From a virus (lineage: Duplodnaviria > Caudoviricetes), in IMG/VR virus record IMGVR_UViG_3300032007_000001: a DNA stretch of 64,000 nt. The stretch is one strand, 5' to 3'. Below the pieces are notes generated by a model. The model saw only the letters and a program-made list of their open reading frames with translations, ran no database searches and was not told where the DNA came from. The stretch's first letter is position 1. Each line of letters starts with the position of its first letter. Shown piece by piece: positions 1-10,752 of the stretch. The position numbers were made by a program, and so were the translations under genes.

Positions 1-8
1 GAGGAGTA

Positions 9-1040
9 TTGCCAGGAAAATTTACTGATATTACTGTAAATCTTCCTGGCAATACTCCTCCAGAAATAAGAAAATTGGAAATGGATATTCACGCAACGCA
101 TAGAGAGAATATTAATCTTGCTATTTTAGTAGAAGACCTCGAAGAAGATGAAATGTCTTATAAGTTATTTGTTAACGGTTCGGAAGAACCATACGTTGAT
201 AAAAACTTGAATCCATTATCACATGGTCAAATTGAAATAGAAATTAAAAATGAAGATTTGAATATTGGAACAAATACATTAAAGTTCGTTATATTGGATG
301 AAAAGGGTGCTTCTAGAGAACAAACAGTAGAAGTTACAAAAACAAATGCTTTGCCTCAAGCATTCTTAGCTCTTAATAATGATATATTTACTCTTCTGAT
401 TTCAGATGCTGAAGAGGATAAAGTCAGATATAAATTGGAATTGAATGGTGAAGAATTGATTCCAATGACAGAATTCCAAGAAGTTCCAATTAGATTAAAG
501 TATCATTTGCCAAGAAATAAGATTGTTTTTGGTCAGCAAAACACTTTGACATTGACGTTTGAAGATGATATTAAAAAATATCAAACAAATACTTCTACGT
601 TAAATTTCGTTGGTAGTTATTATGGCGTTCTGTTCGCTTCGGCTTCAGAAGATGATGGAAGCGGTTCTGTATTCTATTCTGATAGTTTGGGTGGAATCTT
701 AAAGAAATTGGAATATGCTAATTTCTATAGAGATGGACAAACGCAAGCCACCGAAATTTATCTGCTAAATAGAAGTTCCGAAAATGTTGGTGATATTATT
801 GTATATCCACAATATACATCTGAAAACGTTGATGTCGAATTGTCCGAATTAAGAACACCATTTGAACCATTGGAATCAATTACTCTTAGTGATATTGAAT
901 ATGGTGGGTATAAAACATTCTTTGTTAGATTGAAAGCAAAGAATGGATATACTGGAATCTTCAAAGGAAAATTATTAGCTGACGCTTATGAAAGCGATAA
1001 ACCAGTAGAAGAAGAAACACCAGATGAACAAGAAGAGTAA
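9..1040 (+). CDS. putative virion structural protein (beta-rich)
   Basis: 343 aa ORF, GAGGAG RBS before TTG; acidic, beta-rich; adjacent to the next structural-like gene. Confidence 0.5.
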   Translation: MPGKFTDITVNLPGNTPPEIRKLEMDIHATHRENINLAILVEDLEEDEMSYKLFVNGSEEPYVDKNLNPLSHGQIEIEIKNEDLNIGTNTLKFVILDEKGASREQTVEVTKTNALPQAFLALNNDIFTLLISDAEEDKVRYKLELNGEELIPMTEFQEVPIRLKYHLPRNKIVFGQQNTLTLTFEDDIKKYQTNTSTLNFVGSYYGVLFASASEDDGSGSVFYSDSLGGILKKLEYANFYRDGQTQATEIYLLNRSSENVGDIIVYPQYTSENVDVELSELRTPFEPLESITLSDIEYGGYKTFFVRLKAKNGYTGIFKGKLLADAYESDKPVEEETPDEQEE

Positions 1041-1063
1041 AATTTTCGCAATACAATGCGGGA

Positions 1064-2554
1064 GTGATTAAAAATATGTCAAACACAATACTTGAATCCA
1101 ATCAAATGCAAATAACGACGCAAGTTGTTGCGCCTCCTTCTACAGCGATGATTATTTATCCTGTAAAGGATATGTTCATAACAAAACAATACCCAGTATT
1201 TAGTTTTGGTGAATATGCTCAGTTATTTGTTAGAAAAAATAATGATTCTGAATGTAGGACAATTATTTCATTCGATATTCCTGCAATTGAAGATAATATT
1301 TGGAAAAATTTTATTGATTGTAAAATTAAAATTACATTCAGAGACGTACCAAGAGCAACAACCATTGTCCTTAAACAAGTCGAAGATGATGGTTGGTCAG
1401 AAACTGGTGTAACTTGGGCAGGAAAACCAGTTGTATATCCAGAGACTTTAGCTACTTATAATATTGATGAAAATACAAAAACCATATATTATGACATCCA
1501 AGATTTCTTAATGGGATTGAAAGGTGAACCTGGTAATTTTGCATTTTCAATCAGAGAATTAAATGACAATGACCAAACAACAGATATTGACATTTATTCT
1601 AAAGAAAGTAGCGTTGACGCAATGAAACCGCAAATCGTTGCCGAATATGAATATTTCCCAGATAATCCAGATTTGGCCGATTTAACAAGTTCAGTTGTAG
1701 TTAGAATTAATGACGAGGCAGAATTCCCATCTAGAGGATTAAAGGTTAAAAATGGTATTCCAGCTCCAGCAGATTTGAGTGCTACAATGAGAGTAAAGGG
1801 CTATAGCACTTATGCCGACGGTCCAACATTTAGTTTATATACTGTTGCTAAAACAGTAAAAGATGTTAAATTTTCATGTGTAGTACAACGTTGGACTCAT
1901 AAGGATTTTAGAGCTCCTGGATTTAGACTTCCACTTAAGCATGCAAATGCTGAATTAAGTGTTCCGAACTTCAATACTGTTATTTATAGACACGAAATTC
2001 CAGCTTCTCTTACAATCCTTCAATATAAAGGAAGAGAAGATATTCTGGCTGGAGATTTTGCTGTTAGAAAACATGATAAAGCTGAACTTGACAGCTCAAT
2101 TATTGTTCCTTCTCATAAGGATAGAGCACAATTGGAGATGACATTGTCTGTAAGTAAAGTCATACCTCCAATAAAAGGTGGCGAAGATGACCCACCGTTG
2201 CAACCAGAAATTCTTCAATTATATGAAGATTCTTCATTACGATCTAGAGGGTTGACAGTTAAATCTTATGAAGACAACGCAGAATTCTCAATGAGTTGTT
2301 CTGTAATGTCTCGTGCCGATTTGGCTGGTAGCATTTTTATTAAGTATTATGAAGATGAAGCTGAATTAGAATGCGAAAACTTGTATGTAAGACCGCATGC
2401 AGATTTAATAGCAGACGATTTCTCAGTTAATAAGATTGATGAAAAAGTTATTCAAGTATTCGATTTCTACGTACGTCCATCTTGGGCACACGATATGACA
2501 GTAAGAATGAAGATTGTTAAAGACCAAAGAAAACCATACGCATTCATTATGTAA
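1064..2554 (+). CDS. DNRLRE-like domain protein, putative virion/tail protein
   Basis: N-terminal YPVKDMFI...RTIISFDIP...WSETGVTW pattern, then repeated 'ADL' beta segments. Confidence 0.55.
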   Translation: MIKNMSNTILESNQMQITTQVVAPPSTAMIIYPVKDMFITKQYPVFSFGEYAQLFVRKNNDSECRTIISFDIPAIEDNIWKNFIDCKIKITFRDVPRATTIVLKQVEDDGWSETGVTWAGKPVVYPETLATYNIDENTKTIYYDIQDFLMGLKGEPGNFAFSIRELNDNDQTTDIDIYSKESSVDAMKPQIVAEYEYFPDNPDLADLTSSVVVRINDEAEFPSRGLKVKNGIPAPADLSATMRVKGYSTYADGPTFSLYTVAKTVKDVKFSCVVQRWTHKDFRAPGFRLPLKHANAELSVPNFNTVIYRHEIPASLTILQYKGREDILAGDFAVRKHDKAELDSSIIVPSHKDRAQLEMTLSVSKVIPPIKGGEDDPPLQPEILQLYEDSSLRSRGLTVKSYEDNAEFSMSCSVMSRADLAGSIFIKYYEDEAELECENLYVRPHADLIADDFSVNKIDEKVIQVFDFYVRPSWAHDMTVRMKIVKDQRKPYAFIM

Positions 2555-2559
2555 AAATT

Positions 2560-2586
2560 AAAGGGAAGCTTATTGCTTCCCTTTTT
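2560..2586 (+). terminator. intrinsic terminator
   Basis: AAAGGGAAGC-TTATT-GCTTCCCTTT plus T tract. Confidence 0.85.
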
Positions 2587-2683
2587 ATTATATGATTTAA
2601 TTATATAAAAAATAAATAAAAATTAAAATATATTATTTTGCGATTTTAATAAAATAATTCAATCAAAAAATAGGAGTGATTAT

Positions 2684-3901
2684 ATGGCACAAATTGATGA
2701 CAAGGTGAAAAAAGCGAAATTCGCAGCCGTCAGAAAAGCAATCAAAAATCTCGAAAAAATGACAAAAAAGGAGAACCTTGTCCAGATATATGGAGAAGCT
2801 GATGAAATTCGGTATGATTGTTTACCAACTGGATTTCTCACATTGGATGCCGCATGTACTGGTAATGGTGTTCCACGTTCGCGTATTATCGAATTGTTTG
2901 GTGGAGAATCTTCAGGTAAGTCTTTGATTTGTCAAAAGATTATTGCTTCTACTCAAAAGATTGGCGGTGTTTGTGCATATGTTGACATGGAATGTACATT
3001 TGACCCAGACTTTGCAAAGAAGCTTGGTGTTAATGTAGATGAACTTATCATTTCTCAACCTGGACATTTACAAGAAGCATTTACTGTTATTGATGCATTG
3101 GTAGATGCTGGTGTTGATGTTATTGCATTGGATTCAATTGCAGCATTAGTACCAAAAGAAGAATTAGAAGCTGAAGTTGGAAAACAAACTGTTGGTTTGG
3201 TTGCGAGATATATGTCTCAATTCCTTCGTCGTATGACTAAGAAAATTTCTGATTCTAAATCAATTCTTCTTCTCGTTAATCAGGTACGTCAAGCAATTGG
3301 CGTTATGTATGGTGACCCAACAACAACTCCAGGCGGCAAAGCAACAGCATTCTATTCCTCTCTTCGTTTGAAAGTTTCTCGTCCATCTGGCGGGTATATC
3401 AAACAAAAGACTTTTAATGGTGAAGAAGAAATTATTGGTACAACAGTTAGAGTAAAAGTTGTAAAGAATAAAACTGCAGCACCTTATAAAACAGCAGAAT
3501 TCAAAGTATATTTCGATGGTAGAGAAACTGATACTGCTGATGAAATTGCCGATATTGCATTAAGTCGTTCTTTAATTCCTCGCTATAATGCTAAGGGCGA
3601 ATTAGTAGCAAATGGTAGGATTTACAAATGGCCAGATGAACCTGATTTCTTGGCAAAGAAAAAAGACGACATTGCTGAAGAATTGAGGAAGTTCCCGAAA
3701 GTAAAAGAAGCATTAGAAAAGATTATAAGAGAAGGAACTTATGCAGAACATACATATACGTATGGCGAAGAAATTGAAGCTGACGATTTTGATGCTATTA
3801 TGAGTGATGATGAAATTGCCGAAGCAGAAGCTCAAAATAATGCTGGACTTAGCGAAGCTGAAGGCGATGAAAGTGGATTGGATTGGAGCGCCGAAGATTA
3901 A
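2684..3901 (+). CDS. recA: RecA/UvsX recombinase
   Basis: Walker A GGESSGKS, DSIAAL, NQVR, GDPTTTPGGKA, VVKNK motifs; long acidic tail. Confidence 0.96.
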   Translation: MAQIDDKVKKAKFAAVRKAIKNLEKMTKKENLVQIYGEADEIRYDCLPTGFLTLDAACTGNGVPRSRIIELFGGESSGKSLICQKIIASTQKIGGVCAYVDMECTFDPDFAKKLGVNVDELIISQPGHLQEAFTVIDALVDAGVDVIALDSIAALVPKEELEAEVGKQTVGLVARYMSQFLRRMTKKISDSKSILLLVNQVRQAIGVMYGDPTTTPGGKATAFYSSLRLKVSRPSGGYIKQKTFNGEEEIIGTTVRVKVVKNKTAAPYKTAEFKVYFDGRETDTADEIADIALSRSLIPRYNAKGELVANGRIYKWPDEPDFLAKKKDDIAEELRKFPKVKEALEKIIREGTYAEHTYTYGEEIEADDFDAIMSDDEIAEAEAQNNAGLSEAEGDESGLDWSAED

Positions 3902-4005
3902 GTAATCAACTTTGTTGCATGGAGAGTTGATATAAAAAAAGAACAGTGAATAAAGTAGCTGTTCTTTTTTTATTTTGCAGAAAGAAAAATAAAGAGGTGA
4001 TGACG

Positions 4006-4236
4006 ATGGTAAATATTCATCAATATATTTCAGCTTTGACTTACAAAAAAAGCAGAGAAATTAATGAAATAGCAAAAAATAATGATTGTGTAATTAGATT
4101 TAGTTCATCAAAAGATATTATAAACGCAATAAATATGTCGTCATTGCTAAATATGGATAGTGATTTCTATCAAATTACAGTAAACGGAAATAACGAAAAC
4201 GAAGTACTTAAATCAATAATAAAAGTAATAAAATAA
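4006..4236 (+). CDS. HPr-like protein lacking canonical phospho-sites
   Basis: 76 aa after GAGGTG RBS; HPr-like INAINMSSLL and ITVNGNNENEVLKSI segments. Confidence 0.55.
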   Translation: MVNIHQYISALTYKKSREINEIAKNNDCVIRFSSSKDIINAINMSSLLNMDSDFYQITVNGNNENEVLKSIIKVIK

Positions 4237-4245
4237 GAGAGGTTT

Positions 4246-5112
4246 TTACCTCTCTTTTATTTCGTCTTTATAGTAATCTTTCCAAAAATTTATAAATACT
4301 TTTGCTATATTTCCTCTTCCATTACATTTTGAACATAATTTTAATTCATTTCTTTTATGTTCCAATAATTTAATCCTTGTATGTTTGAAGTTATTTGTAA
4401 AAATATCATAAATGTTTTGATTGTATATGTTCCCCAATGGGTCTTCTCTTTTCCAATCGCAAGAACAATAATAACAATCTCCATTTGTATCCAACGTTAT
4501 TTGATAAAATGGCATATAACACATCGTGTTTGGTACTTCTTCTTCTAGAACTTCAAATACATTTCCGGCACGGTTATTGAATTTTGTCGTCATGTTTCCT
4601 GGATATTGACAACGAATATGAATTTTTTCATAATTTTTCCAACGTTCCAAATTTAAGTCTTCCAATTCCTTGCTATAAACGGATATTTCTATTCTTTGAA
4701 GCATTGGCATTTGCACTATTTCTTCTTTTAATTCATTCCCATTTGTAATCATAAAAATATATGACTGTGGGCATAATTCATTTAATAATAAAATTATTTC
4801 TTTTAATTGAGGATGAAGAGTTGGTTCACCAATTCCACAAATGCTAAACCTGCCAATAAAATCTTTTCCCAATTGTTCACATAATACTTTTATTGTTTCC
4901 AATGACATATGCACTGGCAGATTATCAGGATGTACATATCCATTCCCTCGTGGGCAATGTTTACAATACATATTGCAATCATCTGTTATTGTTAGAATCA
5001 ATGTACTTAATGCTGTTTTTTCATTTAATATTCCATTACATTGTTCAATTACATATTTATTTATAAAAGCATTGTTTTTTGTTAAGTAATTATATTGAGA
5101 ATGTATAGCCAT
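4246..5112 (-). CDS. radical SAM/SPASM domain protein
   Basis: CNMYCKHC (CxxxCxxC), GEPTLH, TNG; C-terminal CYMPF...CSCDW...CSKC. Confidence 0.9.
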   Translation of the reverse strand: MAIHSQYNYLTKNNAFINKYVIEQCNGILNEKTALSTLILTITDDCNMYCKHCPRGNGYVHPDNLPVHMSLETIKVLCEQLGKDFIGRFSICGIGEPTLHPQLKEIILLLNELCPQSYIFMITNGNELKEEIVQMPMLQRIEISVYSKELEDLNLERWKNYEKIHIRCQYPGNMTTKFNNRAGNVFEVLEEEVPNTMCYMPFYQITLDTNGDCYYCSCDWKREDPLGNIYNQNIYDIFTNNFKHTRIKLLEHKRNELKLCSKCNGRGNIAKVFINFWKDYYKDEIKER

Positions 5113-5177
5113 AAACTGTTTCCCTTGTTCATTAATTTTCTTAATTAAAATATTTTATTCATTCCAAATAAAAATAA

Positions 5178-5203
5178 AAATCCCTGGCAAAATTGCCAGG
5201 GAT
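5178..5203 (-). terminator. intrinsic terminator after HU
   Basis: AATCCCTGGCAA-AA-TTGCCAGGGATT hairpin. Confidence 0.75.
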
Positions 5204-5219
5204 TAATTTGTTGTTTCTA

Positions 5220-5516
5220 TTACTTCTTTTCAGCAACAAGAGCCTTGAAGCTGTTGGCAGCCTTGAACTTCGGTACCATCTTTTCTGGGGACATGAGTTC
5301 TTCGCCAGTCTGAGGATTGCGAGTCTTGCGAGCCTTACGAAGCTTTGCTTCCCAAGTTCCGAGGTCCTTAAGAGCAACCTTTTCGCCAGCAGCAACAGAT
5401 TCGGTAATGATAGTAACAAAAGACTTGAGAATCTTATCAGCAGTCTTATTGTTTACCACTACTTCATTTGCCTTGAGGTCTTCAACGAGTTTGACGATGA
5501 GTTCTTGCTTTGTCAT
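5220..5516 (-). CDS. hup: HU family DNA-binding protein
   Basis: MTKQEL..., RKARKTRNPQTGE, VPKFKA. Confidence 0.93.
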   Translation of the reverse strand: MTKQELIVKLVEDLKANEVVVNNKTADKILKSFVTIITESVAAGEKVALKDLGTWEAKLRKARKTRNPQTGEELMSPEKMVPKFKAANSFKALVAEKK

Positions 5517-5622
5517 AGTTTTTACTTCCTTTCTTAATTAAGAAAAATGTTATGTGGTTTGCGTTTCCAAAATTATTATATATAGAAATTTTCCTTTTCC
5601 TTTATTTTTGTTAAAAAAATCA

Positions 5623-6834
5623 TTAATCTACTAATTTCGAAGAATTTTTCTTAACATCTAAGAATTCCAAATTATTAAATTCTTCCTTATCAAATATAGA
5701 ATATAAATGTTTGATGTGATGTTGGAAAACAATATCGCCTTTAACAGTTGGTAATTTATTTTCTAATGCCAATTTTGCTTGTGAGGCAATATATTTTCCG
5801 AAATTAACTGGTACACCTTGCGCCATTGCTTGATATACTGGAATATTGCTTTTTCCAGAGAAATCAAATTCTTCCGGGTACCCCATAATCGCTGCAGATT
5901 CTTTTATATTCAAACAGCGATTTTTATGAGGATGTATATATTCATTAACAGAAGTAAAGGATGGAAAAAGTTTATCATCTTCTAACTTATGTGGTGTTTT
6001 GTCCCAATAATTTTTATTATTTGACATTCTGTCCATGATACGCACTAATTCTTTATAATGTTTAGTGTTTTTCATGTAATTTATTATATTATCTTTATTT
6101 GTTCCTCGTAAACATTGTTTTGCTAATCCTGTCATCAATGAAAAATTCGGCAATGCATATTGATACATTTCTTTTATAGAATCACATGACTTACTGAAGT
6201 TATCTTCTACATCACTTTTAATTGTGCTTAATACATCCTTTACAGTAAGCTGCTTTTGTTTGTCTTGATGGATGAGAGGGATTTCTGTGAAGTTGTCTTT
6301 ATTCCATCCAACTACCATTGTGCGTAAACGTTTCATTGCAACTTCATGGTTTCCGGCATAATCTCTTAAAATAGTAAAATTATATTGGTCGGAAAGTTGA
6401 TTTACTAAATCCTTAAGAATTGGAAAACCAAGTTTTATTAAAGTTGGAGCATTTTCTATTACGAAAATCTTTGGCTTTACTTTCTTAAAGATATTAAATA
6501 ACCGATAAAAATGTACGTTGTTTTTTCCATCTACTGAAGCATTTCTATTAATTTGTGATAAACTCGAACATGGACAATTACAGCACATTAAATCTACATC
6601 TTTTAATGAAGTAAGATATTCATCATTTTCCCATTCATCTGGTAAAATTACGGGAATATCAAAATTCTGCATAAAATAAAATGCATTTTCTTGTGGCTGA
6701 GTATTTGATATTTCTAATACCCTATCTAAATGAAAGCCCGCTTTCATAACACCAATAGAAAAACTACCGGCAAAAATAAAAGCATTAACGGCCTTAAATT
6801 TAGAGTTTGGATTTAATTTATCCAGTGGTTTCAC
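5623..6834 (-). CDS. DNA (cytosine-5) methyltransferase
   Basis: motif I variant FIFAGSFSIG, catalytic PC (NCPCSSLS), ENAP, RLR, C-terminal ESAAIMGYP. Confidence 0.85.
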   Translation of the reverse strand: MKPLDKLNPNSKFKAVNAFIFAGSFSIGVMKAGFHLDRVLEISNTQPQENAFYFMQNFDIPVILPDEWENDEYLTSLKDVDLMCCNCPCSSLSQINRNASVDGKNNVHFYRLFNIFKKVKPKIFVIENAPTLIKLGFPILKDLVNQLSDQYNFTILRDYAGNHEVAMKRLRTMVVGWNKDNFTEIPLIHQDKQKQLTVKDVLSTIKSDVEDNFSKSCDSIKEMYQYALPNFSLMTGLAKQCLRGTNKDNIINYMKNTKHYKELVRIMDRMSNNKNYWDKTPHKLEDDKLFPSFTSVNEYIHPHKNRCLNIKESAAIMGYPEEFDFSGKSNIPVYQAMAQGVPVNFGKYIASQAKLALENKLPTVKGDIVFQHHIKHLYSIFDKEEFNNLEFLDVKKNSSKLVD

Positions 6835-6958
6835 TGTATCACTCTTTTCATTATATTTTTCTATTATAGAATATTTTAGAAAAATCTTCGCATAACATAT
6901 TTTTTCCTTTATTATGTACTTTTTTCATTTTTTTTAATAAAATGTTTTAGGTGATAGA

Positions 6959-7705
6959 ATGATTTATTTGACAACAGATACTCATCTTGGACATGAAAAC
7001 ATGATAAGAATATGCAATCGTCCAAACAATTTTTCTAAAATTATAATAGAAAATTGGATGAAGACAATAAAATCTGAAGATACTGTCATACACCTTGGAG
7101 ATTCTGCTTTCAAAGATGATTGGTTAGAACAATTAAAGAACTGTCCTGGGAAAAAGATTTTGGTAAAAGGAAATCATGATTCAAAATCTGCATTTCATTA
7201 TATGCAATATTTCGATTTTGTTTGCAATCGTTTTTTGATTAGAATAGAATCAATCAATATATTATTTTCACATCAACCACAATGGTTCCATGATTATCAT
7301 ATCAATATTCATGGTCATCAACATAATCTTTCAAGAGAAGATTTTTCTTGTTTGCATTTACCATTAGCAATAGAGAATATGGGATATGAATTTATTCCAA
7401 TGGACGACAGATTCATAAAAACGTTACATTATTGGAATAATAATCCTCAAACTATTGAAAGCATAGTAAATCTTTATCAAGATAAATTACCATTAAGCGA
7501 TAAAGATTTATATGGTTTTGATGCAAACAAAGAAAAACATGAATGGCGTATTTATCGTCTAGCTTGGGGCAAAAGTATTCTTGACAAACATAACATTCCC
7601 TTCAATAAAGTCAGGAGTAAGTTTGAAAACAATATTTTTAAGCCAAGCGTAGATGAAAATAAATTATTGATGAAATTACAGGAGGATGAAAAGCAATGTT
7701 CTTAA
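6959..7705 (+). CDS. calcineurin-like metallophosphoesterase
   Basis: DTHLGH, HLGD, GNHD, SH, HGHQH motifs. Confidence 0.9.
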   Translation: MIYLTTDTHLGHENMIRICNRPNNFSKIIIENWMKTIKSEDTVIHLGDSAFKDDWLEQLKNCPGKKILVKGNHDSKSAFHYMQYFDFVCNRFLIRIESINILFSHQPQWFHDYHINIHGHQHNLSREDFSCLHLPLAIENMGYEFIPMDDRFIKTLHYWNNNPQTIESIVNLYQDKLPLSDKDLYGFDANKEKHEWRIYRLAWGKSILDKHNIPFNKVRSKFENNIFKPSVDENKLLMKLQEDEKQCS

Positions 7706-8049
7706 AAGTTAAGTTTACTGAAGAATTCAATGATGTGTATATGAATAGTGTGATTGATGCAATTACAAAAATTGTATGCACAGTACCGCAGGGAAAGATT
7801 GATGAATTCATTGAAAAGTCTGATAAAGATATTCTTTGCGAAAAAATCAAAAACGTATCAGCTTATCTCTTCATTGCCGATTGCTATATCAGAGATGTAG
7901 ATGTTTGTGTTGATGATGTACCGAATGTATTCATTGATTTTAAGAAGAATATTGAAAATGTAGACTTTACAATGTCAGAGTGTCATGATGATAACGTACT
8001 TTGTTATGATTTGTCGGCATGGGAAAATCAAAAACCCCCAATTGAATAA
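7696..8049 (+). CDS. hypothetical protein
   Basis: 117 aa, GGAGG RBS, overlaps upstream gene. Confidence 0.7.
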   Translation: MFLKVKFTEEFNDVYMNSVIDAITKIVCTVPQGKIDEFIEKSDKDILCEKIKNVSAYLFIADCYIRDVDVCVDDVPNVFIDFKKNIENVDFTMSECHDDNVLCYDLSAWENQKPPIE

Positions 8050-8069
8050 TTTTTGAATTACAAATTTTA

Positions 8070-8099
8070 TTGTCTTCTGTAAACATTTTGTGGTATAAT
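8070..8099 (+). promoter_or_regulatory. sigma70-type promoter (extended -10)
   Basis: TTGTCT-N18-TATAAT with TGTGG before the -10. Confidence 0.6.
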
Positions 8100-8120
8100 A
8101 TTTACAGGAGGCGAAATGTA

Positions 8121-8840
8121 ATGAATGAAAAATATGTAAAAGCTTTAGAACCGTTTGTGGAAGAAGATAAAGAAGTAGATAGATATTTTGTAGAACAAGT
8201 GCGAGATATGGCAAAAGAATCTGGAATTTTCGAATCAGAAGTCCAGTTTGCTACGTCTCGCATTGATTATTTTAGAAAAGGATTTACAGATAATTACAAA
8301 CAGCGCATTAAAACATATAAAGATATTATTGATACGTTTTCAGATAAAGACGAAATCAAAGTGTCAGAAATGTTTGATGATGATGTAAAGACTATCAAAT
8401 TTTTGCAAACTCTTGGTATGGGAAAAGATATTATCAAATCTTTTAGACAATACAATAAAGAAAAAGACAATCTTAAAGAAGTAGAAGCTATGTCTGGAGA
8501 TTTTGGAGAAGATTTTGGATTGGATAGCAATGGAATGACAGAAAAAGAATTTGAAAAAGTAAGATTTGATGCAGAACTTAAGATTTTGCAAAAGAGAAAT
8601 GATATAGCTAAAAAGAAATTTGAAGTAAAAGAAAAATACTTGGAATTTAGAGATGCATTGAATAAAAATGAAAATTTCAAAGATTTTATTGAAGAAATCA
8701 ATAAAGATATAAAGAAATATGAAAAGAGCAAAAAAGAAATTGATGAACTTGCAGATGATGCAATTGCTGCTATTGAAAGCGAAGAAAATGTTGTTGAAAT
8801 GATTGAAGAACTTCTCAAATATGAAGGGGTGAAAGCATGA
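8121..8840 (+). CDS. hypothetical coiled-coil protein
   Basis: AGGAGG RBS; K/E-rich helical ORF. Confidence 0.75.
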   Translation: MNEKYVKALEPFVEEDKEVDRYFVEQVRDMAKESGIFESEVQFATSRIDYFRKGFTDNYKQRIKTYKDIIDTFSDKDEIKVSEMFDDDVKTIKFLQTLGMGKDIIKSFRQYNKEKDNLKEVEAMSGDFGEDFGLDSNGMTEKEFEKVRFDAELKILQKRNDIAKKKFEVKEKYLEFRDALNKNENFKDFIEEINKDIKKYEKSKKEIDELADDAIAAIESEENVVEMIEELLKYEGVKA

Positions 8841-9610
8841 GCACTTATGAAAAGGTATTAAATAGCGAATATAAAGATTTTACAAAACAGTTGTTTAATG
8901 TTATCAAAACGCTTGATGCTACACCTATGACAAATACTGCCGAAAATCTTTGTAATTCTGCAAAAAAAATGTTGGCTGAAATCATAAAGTCAACAGAAGA
9001 AAAAGAAACAGAATATAATACTAAGTATTATGAACTTGGTGATTTTACTTATTATCAAAACGGATTGTGCGTTATGGATTCAGAAGAAGAACTTTGTGTA
9101 AATCTTGGTGCATTTGTCGAAACAATCGGAAAAACAGAAACACAAGAAGAAAATAAAGTTATTGAGAATGATAATTTCAAGGATTTGTATTTAATCAATG
9201 AAACGATTAACGCAATGAATGACAATAACTATAAATTTAAGAGAGTGTATAATGGTTATTACGTTACTTTCGAACGTTTGATTCATGGTGCAAAACAGAT
9301 GTTGAAAGAATTGGAAAACCCTAATAATGGACAGATTGAGAAATTGAAAGAAAATTTGAAGACGAGATTTGAGGTTGCTAAGAATATTATTGAAAAAATT
9401 TCTTTGAATAACGAAATTTGTATTTTGCTAGAGAAAAATATGAATGAATTCAAAGAGAATCAATCATTTAATTTAATTGATAAAATAACTATAGACGATG
9501 TTAATGAAAACAACTTCGTTGAAATTGGAGAAAAAATCATTGAATTTGTAAGTAAGGATGACTTTAATAAAGATATGTGTGGAAAGATGAGAATCTTGGA
9601 GAGAGATTAG
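8837..9610 (+). CDS. hypothetical protein
   Basis: 257 aa, ATGA overlap. Confidence 0.75.
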   Translation: MSTYEKVLNSEYKDFTKQLFNVIKTLDATPMTNTAENLCNSAKKMLAEIIKSTEEKETEYNTKYYELGDFTYYQNGLCVMDSEEELCVNLGAFVETIGKTETQEENKVIENDNFKDLYLINETINAMNDNNYKFKRVYNGYYVTFERLIHGAKQMLKELENPNNGQIEKLKENLKTRFEVAKNIIEKISLNNEICILLEKNMNEFKENQSFNLIDKITIDDVNENNFVEIGEKIIEFVSKDDFNKDMCGKMRILERD

Positions 9611-10198
9611 ATGAAACTGACAGAAAAATTGAATATTTTACATGATGAAATAAAAAGTTACGATTCTTATGTCGTACTAAAAATTTTATCGCGTTTGCAA
9701 AAAATGCAAAAAGAAAATAAAACGAATGAAGTATATATACCAACAGATAATGAATTAAAAAGTATTATTAATGGGTATTTCATTGTTAATGAAATGCTTT
9801 TTAATCATCATATGTTGTTCGTTTCAAAAAAACAAGCTATTGAATTTTTGAAAAAAGATTTTATTCCGAAAGCGATTGGCAATGTATATGCGTCTGCAAC
9901 GAGTTTGCAATATGATAATTCAAAAGATAGACAATATTTTTTGGATTCAATGAATGCTGTCGATTATGTTGGTTTTTCTATGATTATTAGTTATGCATTA
10001 AATAAAAATTTTCAAGAATCAGATTCGTCAATTGGCGAAAGTTTGGAAAAAACATTTAATGATAATTTGGCAAGTGAATTGTGGTTTAAGGTTATGTATT
10101 CCATATATTCCTGCCTTTATCTTTTTGAGAATTATATAATAACATTTTTAATTTGGTCTGGCGTATTTTTCCTTGGGTGGAGATTATTGTGCAAATAA
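9611..10198 (+). CDS. hypothetical protein with C-terminal hydrophobic segment
   Basis: 195 aa, operon context. Confidence 0.7.
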   Translation: MKLTEKLNILHDEIKSYDSYVVLKILSRLQKMQKENKTNEVYIPTDNELKSIINGYFIVNEMLFNHHMLFVSKKQAIEFLKKDFIPKAIGNVYASATSLQYDNSKDRQYFLDSMNAVDYVGFSMIISYALNKNFQESDSSIGESLEKTFNDNLASELWFKVMYSIYSCLYLFENYIITFLIWSGVFFLGWRLLCK

Positions 10199-10611
10199 AT
10201 GAAAATTTTTTATTTAAGTTGAAACATGCCGACGATGTTTATTTTGATAACAAGCTTTATTATTCTAGATATGATTTAGAAGATTACGATTTAGAATCCA
10301 TGGAAAAACAATATGAATACGAATCAATGCTTGGTGAAGAAATAGATTATGAGAGAAGTTTTGATACGATAGAAAGAAAAGATAACATTTACGTTGCTAT
10401 TTTTGGAAGAATACTTGAAGATAGTGATATAACATTTTCTTTTTTTGGAAACAAATTTCATGTTTATAGCATTATAAAAGATTTTGATATTCGTGGTGAA
10501 TATGAAGATTACGAAGAAATGATAAATAAATATGAAAAGAATAATTTCTTGGATATTTTTTATACATTGAAGGAATATCAAAAAACTATATTAAAAAGAG
10601 AAGGCTTGTAA
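10153..10611 (+). CDS. hypothetical protein, C-terminal GL motif
   Basis: ends KREGL; start uncertain. Confidence 0.7.
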   Translation: MVWRIFPWVEIIVQINENFLFKLKHADDVYFDNKLYYSRYDLEDYDLESMEKQYEYESMLGEEIDYERSFDTIERKDNIYVAIFGRILEDSDITFSFFGNKFHVYSIIKDFDIRGEYEDYEEMINKYEKNNFLDIFYTLKEYQKTILKREGL

Positions 10612-10752
10612 AATTGTTTGAATATATATTTCTTTTTATAATTGCAGTTAATTTATTGATTCTTTCATTGATAATGAAATCAAAAAGAAAAATTGAATAT
10701 ATCCAAATTATGGATTTTATGGATTTTGTTTTTGTAGTTTTGGGGTTATTTT

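Noticed and set aside
9608-9613. Stop-codon reassignment suggested by in-frame TAG-ATG junctions (also 38694)
   Set aside because: Conserved long genes are uninterrupted, downstream genes have their own RBS, and TAG, TGA and TAA all terminate GL-tail genes at the same motif position.
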